DNA of 64,000 bases from Octopus vulgaris (taxonomy: Eukaryota): positions 117,552,001 to 117,616,000 of the forward strand of contig OX597821.1 in assembly GCA_951406725.2 (NCBI GenBank), in the 5' to 3' direction. Shown here one piece after another: positions 27,567 to 40,427 of this stretch. The position numbers and the translations under genes are program-made. Under the pieces are notes generated by a model. That model was given only the letters and a program-made list of their open reading frames with translations. It searched no databases and was not told the DNA's origin. The number at the start of each line of letters is the position of its first letter. Position 1 is the stretch's first letter.

Positions 27567-28095
27567 TGATGATATATAGTTATCACCAAGCTAACATGGC
27601 AATCCAGAAAAATAGGTTGAATGCTGCCATTGATTAACTCCAAGAGGCCATAGCCTCAAGCTAGCTATGTGACACACAAACCTGTGTCCATTACAACCTT
27701 CGAACAGGGGAGATCATCAGCTTCCTTATGCTGGTTCAGACATCCACAGACTAGTTTCAGAGGATTTGCCCCTTATCAATGTAGAGTATCAACAGTGATG
27801 TGTGCTGGGTTCAGCTACTCCACATTGATAAGAGGCAAATACATTGAAACTAGTCTGTGGATGTCTGAACCAGATAGATAAACAGGTAGCTAGGTAGATA
27901 AATAAATGAATACGGAGAGAGAGAGAAGGAAAGGGATATATTGTAATTACTAAGTGAACATGGTGGATATATACACTTACCTTTTCATCCATATAAAGAG
28001 AATTATGCTCACACACATAAACAGAAAGAGAGAGAGAGAGAGAGGGGGGAGACAGAGAGAGTGAGAGTGAGAGAGAAAGAGAGAGAGTGAGAGAG

Positions 28096-28146
<51 letters not shown>

Positions 28147-28287
28147 CAGAGAACAAGGAGAAAGTTAGAATAAGAGCATGGAGGATAAGATGAACAAGAG
28201 AAACATTAAAATGTTTGATATCAAATAAGTCAAAATAGATGGTGCCAAAACATTTCATGCTTAGCAATAGCTACAAATATTTCTTAC

Positions 28288-28546
28288 CGACCAACCCAAT
28301 CGACAGCAAGGGTACATTGACCAAATTGCATTTTGTGAAAGAGCACTTTCTGATCAGAGCCATTGAGGAAAATTGTTTGAATGTCTAATGTCCATTTATC
28401 AAAAAAGTAGAGTTTTTGCTCCTGGTAGTCAAAATCAAGGGAAATTAGTTCACGTAATCCTTGAGCTATCAATTGGTAAGTCAAACCATCCAGTGTCATC
28501 TTTCGAATATAATGGCGATTACCAAATACAAGCCATGGAATTTCAT
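28288..28546 (-). CDS. LRP2: LRP2-like exon: YWTD propeller blades 1-2
   Basis: ag/gtaag, 259 nt, phase 1-2; EIPWLVFGNRHYIRKMTLDGLTYQLIAQGLRELISLDFDYQEQKLYFFD...TLAVDWVGR. Confidence 0.93.
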
Positions 28547-28747
28547 CTATTGAAAAAATTTCAAGAATTTATTAAGTAAATAAACAAATATACATATGTA
28601 TTTCTATATATATATTATTCTAATAGCCAGATGAGATAACTAGTGATTTTGTATGATGTAATGTATGAATTAAGAATAAAATACCATGCTATTGAAACAT
28701 ATGTATCATGGATTAAACTACTGTTCTCCATTCATCACCTTTCATTT

Positions 28748-28786
<39 letters not shown>

Positions 28787-29609
28787 TACATACATACATA
28801 CATACATACATACATACATACATACATACATACATACATACATACATACATACATACAGACATACATGATTGAAAATGGTGCTCCAAACAACAGGAGCAA
28901 CCATTGATAAATATCAGCAATAGAGTAAATATATGTACATATAAAGTATTGAAGCATGGGAACAATCATACAGTTGCAATGTCTCTACTGAAAATATTAT
29001 CACCCACCTAATATGTATATGTTGGGTTAAATTTGATGATTTTTTAGGTTTTGGGGTTTTTTTTTTCAGAAGCAGCTTGATGGATTGGGGAACAGGGAAC
29101 AGCATTGCAGAGCAATAAAGATTAAAGTTCTAGTTTAGAAAATGTTAGCTTACATGGAAGACTGGAAGCGATCTGAATATTGGAAAAGAGTTAACCTGTA
29201 TCCTGATGATTCACCCTGGTTATCAAAATGCTGACATTGTGACTGCTGCTGTTGTTGTTGTTGTTAAGCAACAAGACAGGTAAGGGTGATTAGGTGATGG
29301 GCAAGGGCTTAGGGGCAGGAGACCCCAGACCTTGGAAAAAAAAAAACTTTGGTCGTCTTGTTGTAGTCAAAGGTTCTTCGTTGACGCCCGACACCACTGG
29401 GAGGTGGCCCTCGAAGTTGCTGGAAATGGAGATCCCCAGGTCCAAATTCTTGAACGGCTGTGACAGCTGCTCAAAATGCTTTGTTAACACTGTAAAACTT
29501 GTAAGACATGACATGGACAGCTGCAATGGAGACTACAAAGCTGTGGCCAGCAGGAGGGGGAGACAGTAGGTGTCCTGACTGTGTCCACACTCCAGAATTC
29601 ATCCAGCAT

Positions 29610-30102
29610 TCTTGAACAGGGCCTTGGGCTCAATTCGGATGGCTATGTGAAGCTGATGGGGATTGTAGACTATTACTGGCTGGAAAGGATTGCTGCTGGA
29701 AGGCCATATGTGTGGCCGCAGAATTCAGCTCCAGAAAGTGTCAGAAGTGATTGTTGAAGAGATTCTAAAACTTCAGCATCCCCTTATTTTTGGCCTCCTT
29801 ATTCCCCATAGATTACAATGTGTGGGGTGCAGCTGAGCGAGACCTTCCAAGTGCTGAGCTGCTAGCCAAGGTCGAGGAAGTGTTCAAAACCTTCCCAGAG
29901 AATGCATGTGCCGAATTTTGGAGTGATTCTGAGGTTGTGGTGGAAGCTGAGGGAGAGGTGGGGCTACTTCGAGTAAAGTTATCTCCCAACCTTAATCTGG
30001 TTGATACTTTTTCATTCTTGGCAAATACTTTTATTTTGTGAATGGGATATTGTTTTCTTTCGCTTTTATGTAAACTGTCAAATTTAGCCCAAACACCTTG
30101 CG
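29610..30102 (+). mobile_element. Degenerate Tc1/mariner transposase 3' fragment
   Basis: Frameshifted WLERIAAGRPYVWPQNSAP...FWPPYSP..IDYNVWGAAERD...EVVVEAEG, ending in a TIR-like caccttgcg|TA. Confidence 0.72.
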
Positions 30103-30250
30103 TATATATACATAGAATATATATATATGTATACATTTGTATATATATATATTTATATATTTGTATATGTATGTATATGCGTATATGCATATATGCGTGT
30201 GTATATATATGCATATATATATATATGCATATATATATATATATATATAT

Positions 30251-30948
30251 ACCGGAGTAAACACATAAATGTGAAACAAGGTGGAAAAAGAGTACTCAAA
30301 TACCAGTGGTAGAGTAATATGCTTTATTTTAAGCAGCTCCCCACCCCTCCTCCGTTTCTTCTCTCTTTCCCTTTCTTTCGTTCCCCCTCCTTGCTCAGTA
30401 TATGAGAATTGCTACATAGATGAATTTTAGCTATGTATGCGAGACGGTTTGCGTGAATATATGTACACATGCTTTTATGTGTATAATTTAGATTATATTC
30501 ATACGTCTGTATATGTATGTATATATATTTACGCGCATCCTTTTGTGTATGTTGATATATATATGTGGATTTTTATATAAATATGTATTGCAGTATTTAT
30601 AACAGGTTTAATATCTATATATTAATTTGTACTGTCTTCATTAACGGCAACAGGTTTTTCCTGTATTTTCCTCGGATTTTATAATTTTTATAAGTTTTTA
30701 TATATATATTTATAATAAGAGATACATATATTTTTGACCTTTTTGTTTATCGCTCGAAGATTGACCGTTTTTTTCTAAAGGGCCAATCAAACAAGTCCAG
30801 GCGGGGCTTTATTTTTAAAGGTGTAGCGTTTGTAAGAGTATAGATTGAATTAATATATATGTTCCATTCTAGCAAAAACTGTCTGATGAACGGCAACGAG
30901 AAACTCAGAGTAACAGATTTTGTTGAATTTTCTGCTGCTTAAAATAAA

Positions 30949-30950
<2 letters not shown>
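30251..30950 (+). mobile_element. Penelope-like non-coding repeat, family A, with an inverted terminal segment
   Basis: Shares its first ~85 bp and last ~75 bp with 3228-3457; both lie in (TA)n; carries a hammerhead-like motif. Confidence 0.6.
30873..30922 (+). ncRNA. Type-I hammerhead-ribozyme-like motif (family A)
   Basis: caaaaactgt-CTGATGA-acg gcaa cga-GAA-Actc a gagT-A-acagattttg: stem I, core, GNRA-capped stem II, palindromic stem III, GUA cleavage triplet. Confidence 0.7.
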
Positions 30951-30984
<34 letters not shown>

Positions 30985-30991
30985 GCATTTA

Positions 30992-31045
<54 letters not shown>

Positions 31046-31191
31046 CATTTATATATGTATGTATATATATATATATATATATACATACATTTATATATGT
31101 ATGTATATATATATATATATATATACATACATTTATATATTTATGTATATATATATATATATATATATACATACATTTATATATGTATGTA

Positions 31192-31222
<31 letters not shown>

Positions 31223-31234
31223 CATTTATATATG

Positions 31235-31265
<31 letters not shown>

Positions 31266-31464
31266 CGTCGTCGTTTAACGTCCGTTCTCCATGCTAGCAT
31301 GGGTTGGACGGTTCGACCGGGGTTCTGGGAAGCCAGAAGGCTGCACCAGGCTCCAGTCTAAATTTGGCAATGTTTCTACAGCTGGATGCCCTTCCTAACG
31401 CCAACCACTCCGTGAGTGTAGTGGGTGCTTTTTACGTGCCACCTGCACAGGTGCCAGGCGGGGC

Positions 31465-31513
<49 letters not shown>

Positions 31514-31920
31514 TTCTTTTACATATTATGAAATATTGCTCACATTGGTGTATATATGTATCTTTATATATGTGTGTATATGAAATTAAATATTAGACAT
31601 TCCACTCTCTTCCATTTGAAATTATTTTGTCTAAAGTGGTCAGCAACATGTTTTGATATGAGGGTGAAGGTTGTCTGCTCATTTGATTTAATCCTGTGAC
31701 ATCTCTTTTAAACAATGTCCCTGTTTCTGCTTTGTTAATTCAATTTCTTTCATTAAGCAATTATCAAATTTTTGGAAATAAATAAATGAACTGATGAAGA
31801 AAAGAAAATAGAAGCAAATACTATCAAAAACTCTACAAAAACTGTTTCTGTTTTATTTTCTAATTCTCATTCGTTCACTGTCTTTTGATACCATCTCAAG
31901 TTATATCTCTCTGACATGTC

Positions 31921-31959
<39 letters not shown>

Positions 31960-32133
31960 TTCTTTTACATATTATGAAATATTGCTCACATTGGTGTTAT
32001 ATGTCAAAAACATGAAGAAAAGTATTCATTTTTAAAGAAAAACTGATGAGGTTTAGTGTAAAGAGAAGCAAGCACAGAAAAGCTGATGATAAAAAGAAAG
32101 GAAAAAGAGAGAACACAGACACAGACACACACA

Positions 32134-32190
<57 letters not shown>

Positions 32191-33296
32191 GATCTTATTC
32201 ATGAATAAGTTACATAAACAATAATATTTTGAAAAGGAAAGAGTTTGATATATTTAATCTCATATATGTATGAATTTTGAGTAGTGTGGAGTAACCCCTT
32301 AGCCTCAACTGTTCCCAGATCTTCTCTCATCTGGAGTAGTATCTCCTGTTAGGGACCCAGCCATGCATCAATTAACATATCACAGAATTGTCTCAGGAAG
32401 GTGACTCACAGACACTTTTATGAAATCAGGGCAGATGTGGCCCTTTAGCTCTTTAGCTGCTCACCCAAGAGAAAGTAACTCCAAACAATTCTTGCCTCCT
32501 GGTCCCTAAGCGCTTGTGGCATTAGAACAATACAAGGCTGAAGGAGGAGGGATGGTGCAGTGGCTCCGCACAAACCATAACCACTATAATAACACTGTGT
32601 AACACGATTTTTGTCCTTGGGTTGCACTTGTTATTTCCTGTTTGTTTAGCCCTAGAAATTATGAAAAATGGCTAGCATTTCCTTCAAACTTGGCCTTCAT
32701 TACATTTGTTCAAACCCCCAAAGAATCCCTCTCAGCACATTCCTATGATGCCCCCACCACTCACTACTCTTGCTCATGATATCACATATTGTCAGCCACT
32801 AAAGGACATCATGTTCAAGGGGTCAAGATCAAACAACTGACAAGCAAATCTGTGGTACTGAGCAGAATTCTTGCTTTAATGATATTTCTGCTTCAGCAAC
32901 ACAGCACGGAATCTGTCTGAAATGTAACGGAAAATATATGTGAGTTTCAAAGCATTAATGTCCAGTTGACAAAAGCAAAGTTTTAAGGGAATAGCGGTCA
33001 TTTCCTTTGATTTCTAGACAGAAGCAAATCAGAAATAACGCTTACTGACCAAAGACAAGAAATAAAAACAAAAAGCTTTTGTCACACAGGGTAATATTCA
33101 TTATGGAGGTTGTTCGACCAATACCTTGCTTAACACACATTCCTTGAAGCCACAAATGTTCACCACATACACAGAGGAATAGAAAGAAAGAGGGATGTGA
33201 AGGAGAAATGATGGAAGGAGAGAGAGAGGGAGATAGAGAGTGAAAGAGAGGACAAATCATCCAGAATTTCATGTAAATAGCTTGAGAAATTTTTAC

Positions 33297-33428
33297 CATC
33301 TTTCTTCTTGCAGCTGTGAGTGTCAAGTCCTCTCATATAACCTTCATTACATTTGCAGGAATAATTTCCCACTGTGTTGTGACACATCTGACTGCAGGTG
33401 CCAGGCTTCTCAAGGCATTCATCAATAT
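33297..33428 (-). CDS. LRP2: LRP2-like exon: calcium-binding EGF
   Basis: ag/gtaaa, 132 nt; DIDECLEKPGTCSQMCHNTVGNYSCKCNEGYMRGLDTHSCKKKD. Confidence 0.94.
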
Positions 33429-34308
33429 CTATAAAAAACAAATTATAAGACCGTTTTTGATATCCATCAGTTGTTCAAATTCTGTCAAGATTGACTTTGC
33501 CTTTTATCTTTTCGGGGTTGATAAATCAAGTACAAATCATGAACTGGGGTCGATGTAATCAACTTATGTGCTCCCTTTAAATTGCTGGCTTTGTGCCACA
33601 CTTTGAAACCACTATCTATCAGTGTCTATATTTATCAGAGAAAGTAATGAGCTGGCAGACTCGTTAGCATGTTGAACAAATTCTTGTAGCTCTTTATGTT
33701 CTGAGTTCAAATCTCACTGAGGGCACTCTTTCCTTTTATCTGTTCTGGGTTGGCCTGGTTTCTATGGCAGGAAGACTCCTTCTAATGCCAACCACTTTAA
33801 AGTGTGTAAAGAAAAGAAAGAGAAGCTTTGGAAATATACGGGGCTAAGATCAAATTCTTTGCAATGAGTATGAATTGATCATACAAAGCTTGTGGCTTCA
33901 GGTTCAGTCCCACTGTGTGGCTCTATGGTCAAGTGTGTTCTACTGTTGCCCCAGGCTGGCCAGTGGCTGCATAGTGAATTTGGGAGGTAGAAACTGTTGA
34001 AGCTCAATGTGTGTGTGTGTGTGTGTGTGCGTGTTTGTTCTCCATCAGCACTTGACAACTGAAGTTGGTCTGTTTACATCCCTGCAACTTAGCAGTTTGG
34101 CAAAAAGAGATCAATGGCATAAGTAACAGACTGTAAAAAAAAAATACTGGGGCAATTTATTCCCCTAAAACCCTCCAAGGTGATGCTCCAGCATGGCTGC
34201 AGTCCAATCACTGAAACAAGTAAGAACCGAAGGTTAAAGAATACAAATATTGGTGCCAAACTTTGGTACCAGGTCAGTAATTTCAGTTGGGGGTAATTAA
34301 GTCAATTA

Positions 34309-34525
34309 TGAGGGGGTGCTGAAAAATTCCTGGCTTTAAGGGTCTCGCGAAAGGCCTGGCTGGAGGCCCAACCTCCCAAGTTCTTTTACAAAGCTTGCAA
34401 AAACTGAGAGACCGCTGCAATAAAAGTGTGAATCTGAGAGGAGGATGTATTGAATGAAATCATAATTAACTGATTCTCGCATATTTTCTCTTACCCAAAG
34501 CCAGAAACTTTTCGACATCCCCTCA
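34309..34525. mobile_element. Mariner-derived MITE nested in a SINE
   Basis: 29-bp imperfect TIRs tgagggggtgctgaaaaattcctggcttt / aaagccagaaacttttcgacatcccctca, interrupting the SINE motif gatta|catcgac. Confidence 0.75.
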
Positions 34526-35045
34526 CACATCGACGCCAGTGTTTAACTGGTACTTAATTCATCAACATTAAAAGGATGAAAGGCAAGGTCGACTTTGGTG
34601 GAATTTGAACTCAAGACGTAAAGGCAAGCAAAATGCCACTGAACATTTTGCCTGATGTGCTAACAATTCTGCCAGCTCACAGCTTTAAAGGTGAGAAATA
34701 TTGATTTCAAATTTTGGCACAAGGCTGGCAATTTTGATGGGAGGGAGTAAGTCAGTTAAATCGACCCTAGTGCTCAACTGGTGCTTAAGTGATCAACCCT
34801 GAAAGGATGAAAGGCAAAGTTGACCTCGGCAGAATTTGAACACAGAATGTAAAGACAGGTGAAATGTTGCTAAGCATTTGGCCAGGTGCAATAACGATTT
34901 TCCCAGCTGCCGGTCATAAACGTTAGAAATATTAACATGCAAATCGTGAATGTATCTTCATTAGTATATTCCACAGGAAAATAATAAAATAAAGTAAATA
35001 CAAAAAAAATCTGGTTGAATGGCTCAAAAGACGACTGATACTGAC

Positions 35046-35171
35046 CCCGACAAGCTTTCCTATCAGTCATGAGGGTATAACCTGGGTTACATTCACAGTG
35101 GTAACTGGTCAGGGTATCAATGCATGTATGTTCACATCGATGGACAACCACATCTTCGCATTCGTTGATAT
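35046..35171 (-). CDS. LRP2: LRP2-like exon: EGF
   Basis: ag/gtcag, 126 nt; [41 protein letters not shown]. Confidence 0.94.
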
Positions 35172-36618
35172 CTGTCGAAAGAAAGACATATAAAGAGAAT
35201 AAACGGTAAAGCAGTGAGGAGACATAAGAAGGATTTCGAATTTTGGCACAAGGCCAGCAATTTCAGGAAAGCGGATAAATCGATTACATTGACCCCAGTA
35301 TGCAACTGGTACTTATTTTATCGACCACGAAAGGGTGAAAGGCAAAGACGATGTCAGCTGAATTTGAACCCAGAACATAACGACAGATGCAATGCCGCTA
35401 AGCATTTTGTCCGGCATGCTAACACTTCTGCCAACGTGCTCTCCTTATTGAGACAGAATGATAAATGATGGAACCTGTTGAGTGGAAAATACTGAAATAA
35501 TTATGGCCAAATATTCAGGTCAGAATTCTACTATGTCGTCTTCCTTCACTTCTATACAATTAAGAGTGATGGCATGTGAAAGAATGGTTAGGTTTTTTTC
35601 AGCTCATTGTCCTAAGAATAGCATAATATAATGAATGGTAATCCGGATCCATTGACTGCCTGTACCTGGTTCAACTGCCCTGGTGTGGTCCTGGTAGCTG
35701 GCCATATGAACAGCTGGGCTTTAGACCAGCTATCCTGGTCTCTCTGAGCCATGGTAGCCAATGGGGTGCTGGAATGAGGGGAGTTTCACAAATGCAGTGG
35801 AGGGGTGAATTACTTGTGGTGGTGAAGAACTGGGGAGTGTCAGGATGGCGGGGGTGAGAGAGAAAGCAGAGCTCAACTGACCACAGTAGTTGGCATCATC
35901 ATCATCATCATCATCATTTGATTCTGTTTTCCATGCTGGCATGGGTTGGACGGTTTGACAGGAGCTGGCAAGACCAAGGGGCATACAAGGCTTGGTTATT
36001 TTATAATTTTGCAAGCTACATGGTGACTTCATTAAATCCAGTGACATGAAAAACACATCAAGTACAAGTTGTAAAGTGGCTGGTATCAAGAAAGACATCC
36101 AGCTATAAAAACCAATACGGAAGCCTGATGCAGTTCTTGGAGCCCTTGGATCCTATCAAACCCTTCAACCCATGCCAACAAGGAATATGGATGTTAAATG
36201 ATGATCATGATGACAACAAGGACAACGATGACACATCGCTGATGTATTGAGGAAACGAGTTTTAAAGGACATTAATTGCATGTGTGAAGTGAAATAGCTT
36301 GCTGACAAATTGAAGTACCAAGTTCGTTGGTACTTCAATTTGTCATCAAGTACCATCTTAGTTTACAGGAAGCAGTGGTGTATGTAGAGAGTGTGCTGTT
36401 GGGGGCAGCCCTTAAATCTGTCCCCCACCCTCTACTCCACCTGACCAATGCAGGCTTATATAGCAGAGTGAAGAATGCTGCCTCCATAAAAGGGTCGCCC
36501 GAGGGGAGCCATGGCTCTCACCCCTTTTCTCAGCTAAACTCCTGCTAGGTAGGGTATGTAAAAAGGAAAACAAGTGGGTAGAGACAAGAGAGGAGAGGAT
36601 GAAGAAAACATATGGGAG

Positions 36619-36668
<50 letters not shown>

Positions 36669-36775
36669 AAGAGAGAGAGAGACGGAGGCAGAGAGACAGA
36701 GAGAAAGAGAGAAGTAGATATGAAAATAATGACAGAAGAAGAAGTAAAGAGAGAGAGAGGGAGGTTGATACTTAC

Positions 36776-36898
36776 AGCAGTGACGTTCATCAGTTTGATC
36801 CGAGCAGTCAGGGTTCTTGTTACAAGCCAACAGGTAATTAATGCATTCTCCATTGTCACACCGGAATTGTCCAGGTGGACAAGTTGGTGCTGGTGTTA
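36776..36898 (-). CDS. LRP2: LRP2-like exon: LDLa III-10
   Basis: ag/gtaag, 123 nt; [40 protein letters not shown]; a second in-frame AG lies 9 nt inside. Confidence 0.92.
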
Positions 36899-36988
36899 CT
36901 GTAATGGTAAAATACATTACAATTATTCACAAGAAAATCAAGAACATTATATATGTCTGTGTGTGTATGTGTGTATATATATATATAT

Positions 36989-39460
36989 AAGAAAAAATTT
37001 GCCAATGTTCTGCGCCGTGAGGACCAAAGACTTGAGGTGTTTCGTGTTGCAAGACAGTGTGTGAGAGAGAATCGTGATGTGGTAGGAGAGAAGTGTGTTC
37101 GCATGGATGATGGTTCACTTGCGCTAAATGAGGATGCAAAGGGAGGGGTTTGGAGATGCCACTATGAAAGGTTGCTCAACAAAGAGAATGAATGGGATAA
37201 AGAGAGTCTGCCGAATGTCGACCCAATAGAGGGACCAGCTATCCGAGTTGACAGTTCCATGGTAGTTAAGGCAATTGGAAGCATGAAGACAGGGAAAGCC
37301 CCAGGCCCATCAGGAATTACTGCTGAGATGCTCAAAATATCTGGCAGTGTTGGCTATAGCCTAGTCACCCGTATAGTTAACCAGGTGATACACGAAGGAG
37401 TCATACCCAATGACTGGTGTAGTAGCATAATAGTCAACTGCTACAAAGGTAAAGGTGACACCCTAGATACAAGTAATTACAGAGGTATCAAGCTGTTGGA
37501 TCAGGTAATGAAGGTTACGGAAAGGGTCATAGCCCAACTGATTAGAGAGAGAGTCAACCTAGACGAGATGCAGTTTGGTTTCATGCCAGAGAAAAGCACC
37601 ACTGATGCCATATTTCTGGTGAGACAGCTGCAGGAGAAATACATAGCTAAAGATAAAACTCTGTACCTGGCTTTCGTTGACTTGGAGAAAGCCTTTGACA
37701 GGGTCCCCCGTTCCCTTATCTGGTGGTCAATGAAGAAACTAGGGATAGATGAATGGTTAGTGAGAGCTGTGCATGCCATGTACAAGGACGCTGTTAGTAA
37801 GGTGAGGGTTGGCAACGAGTACAGTGAAGAATTCCAGGTGGAGGTTGGGGTCCACCAAGGCTCAGTCCTCAGCCTCCTCCTATTTATCATAGTCCTCCAG
37901 GCAATAACGGAGGAATTCAAGACAGGATGCCCCTGGGAGCTCCTCTATGCTGATGATCTTGCTCTAATTGCTGAATCACTATCAGAACTCGAGGAGAAGT
38001 TTCAGGCATGGAAGCAAGGATTAGAATCGAAGGGCCTTAGAGTCAATCTAGCTAAAACCAAAGTCCAAATAAGTAGGAACGTAGACAAATCTCAAACGCC
38101 TTCAGGTAGATGGCCCTGCTCGATCTGTAGAAAAGGTGTAGGTAGGAACTCTATAAGATGCACCAAGTGTAAGCTATGGACACATAAGAGGTGCAGCAAT
38201 GTCAAAGGAAGGCTAACTAGGAAGATAGTTTTTGTATGTGGCAGATGCTCTGGTGCAATAAACACTGAAAGTGCACAGAGACCAACTTCTGCCACATTCC
38301 AGGGAGAAAAACTAGAAATAGTTGATAGTTTCTGTTACCTAGGTGATCAAGTCAGTAGCGGGGGTGGGTGTGCCGAAAGTGTAACAGCTAGAGTAAGAAT
38401 AGCCTGGGCAAAGTTCAGAGAGCTCTTACCTCTGCTGGTGACAAAAGGCCTCTCGCTGAGAGTAAAAGGCAGACTGTATGACGCATATGTGCGAACAGCC
38501 ATGCTACATGGCAGTGAAACATGGACCATGACTGCTGAGGATATGTGTAAGCTCGCAAGAAATGAAGCCAGTATGCTTCAATGGATGGGTAATGTCAGTG
38601 TTCATACCCGACAGTGTGTAAGTGCCTTGAGAGAAAAGTTGGACCAAAGAAGCATCAGATGTGGTGTGCAAGAGAGGCGTCTACGCTGGTATGGACACGT
38701 AGTAAGAATGGATGAAGATAGTTGTGTGAAAAAGTGCCACACCCTAGTGGTTGAGGGAACCTGTGGAAGAAGTAGACCCAGGAAAACCTGGGACGAGGTG
38801 GTGAAGAACGACCTTCGCTCTTTAGGTCTCACCGAGGAAATGACCAGAGACCGAGACCTTTGGAAGTATGCTGTGCGTGAAAAGACCCGGCAGGACAAGT
38901 GAGGCCATAACCCATGGCCCCTACCTGGGACGTAGTCAGTCCACCTGTGCATACCTTCCTTCTTGGGACACATAACTTGTGAAGACCTGTTGAGGCAAGT
39001 GAAAATCAAAATCAAAAATCAAAAATCAAAGAATCAAATCGAAATCGATCCACATCAATGGAATTTGTAGTTTTGTGGTACCAGTGCCGGTGGCACATAA
39101 GAAAACCTTCCGAATGTGACCGTAGCCAGTACCGCATCGACTGGCCTCCGTGCTGGTGGCACGTAACAAACACCATCCGATCGTAGCCGTGCCAGCCCCA
39201 CCTGGCCTCCGTGCCGGTGGCACGTAAAAGACACCATCCAAGCATGGCTGTTCGCCAGCCTCGTCTGGCACCTGTGTTGGTGGCACATAAAAAGCACCCA
39301 CTACACTCACGGAGTGGATGGCGTTAGGAAGGGCATCCAGCTGTAGAAACACTGCCAGATCTGACTGGCCTGGTGCAGCCTTTGGGCTTCCCAGACCCCA
39401 GTTGAACCGTCCAACCCATGCTAGCATGGAAAGCGGACGTTAAACGATGATGATGATGAT
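36989..39460 (+). mobile_element. RTE-clade LINE, 5'-truncated; intact RT frame to 38902, 3' UTR ending in (GAT)n
   Basis: Stop-free ~630 codons with RT motifs (KAPGPSG, QFGFMPEKSTTDAIF, FVDLEKAFDRV, GVHQGSVLS, YADD, YLG) and RTE-type RRLRWYGHVVRM...GRSRPRKTW; no endonuclease domain; tail ...ggacgttaaacgatgatgatgat. Confidence 0.92.
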
Positions 39461-39471
39461 ATATATATATA

Positions 39472-40426
39472 TCTCTATATAAACGGCAGTTTGTCTGTCT
39501 GCGTGTCTGTATGTCTGTTAGGTTGTACCCTCACCCTGACCACGGCTTTCAACCGATTCTGATGAAACTTGACACACACATAGCCCAATGTCATAATTCA
39601 TAACTAACGCAGCGAAAATTTTGAAAAGTTCCCCCAGTTCTGAAAAAAATCGATAAATTCGACATGGGGTCGAGAATCAGAAACACAAACCACAGACTGT
39701 CTAGGGGACGCAACTCGACCTTTTTAACTCTCAACTCCATCAATATCCAGCTACTTGAAGCTATTCCTGGTAATGTCCACGTCTACAAATCTATTGATAG
39801 GACAGCAGACCCCGCCGAGCTTGCCGATTATCCTGTTGAATTCCTGAATTCACTTGAACTGCCAGGCCTGCCGCCACACATCCTGAAGTTAAAAGTCGGT
39901 TCGCCCATTATGCTCATCAGGAATTTGGTTCCACCTAAACAGTGCAACGGCACACGTCTGATTGTGAAACATTTTCCACCACATTTAATAACGGCCACAA
40001 TACTTACCGGTTGTGGGAAGGGAGAGGACGTCTTCATTCCACGCATGCATCTTCAACCATCAGGCGCTGACCTACCAATCCACTTCAGGCATTCTCAGTT
40101 TCCTGTTAAACTCTGCTTCGCAATGTCCATCAATAAATCCCAAGGCCAAACGCTACAAGTCGCTGGGTTACAGTTGGGCGAACAGTGCTTTGCCCACGGT
40201 CAACTCTACGTGGGCTGTTCACGCGTTGGGAGGCGCAATGATGTTTTCATGTTTTCGCCCAAAGGGACAGCTAGGAACATCGTATACACAGAAGTATTCG
40301 AGTGAAGAGAAGACATTGCAACCTACACATGCGCCTTCGTTCCCTAGAGGGAAAGGACTAGATTGGGATTAGTCGTTGCCTACTAGGGGCTCTTACATAC
40401 CCGGGCAACGCCGGGCTATGCTGCTA

Positions 40427-40427
<1 letters not shown>
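39472..40427 (+). mobile_element. Non-autonomous Helitron retaining the C-terminus of its Pif1-like helicase (ORF 39664-40305)
   Basis: A|TC 5' end; 3' hairpin cccggg-caacg-ccggg then CTAG|T; ORF has YPVEFLNSL..PPH.LKLKVGSPIML.RNL...CNGTRL and FAMSINKSQGQTL..GQLYVGCSRV. Confidence 0.9.

Noticed and set aside
37501-39427. Minus-strand ORFs of 139, 137 and 133 aa
   Set aside because: Antisense shadows of the RTE frame and UTR; no independent evidence.
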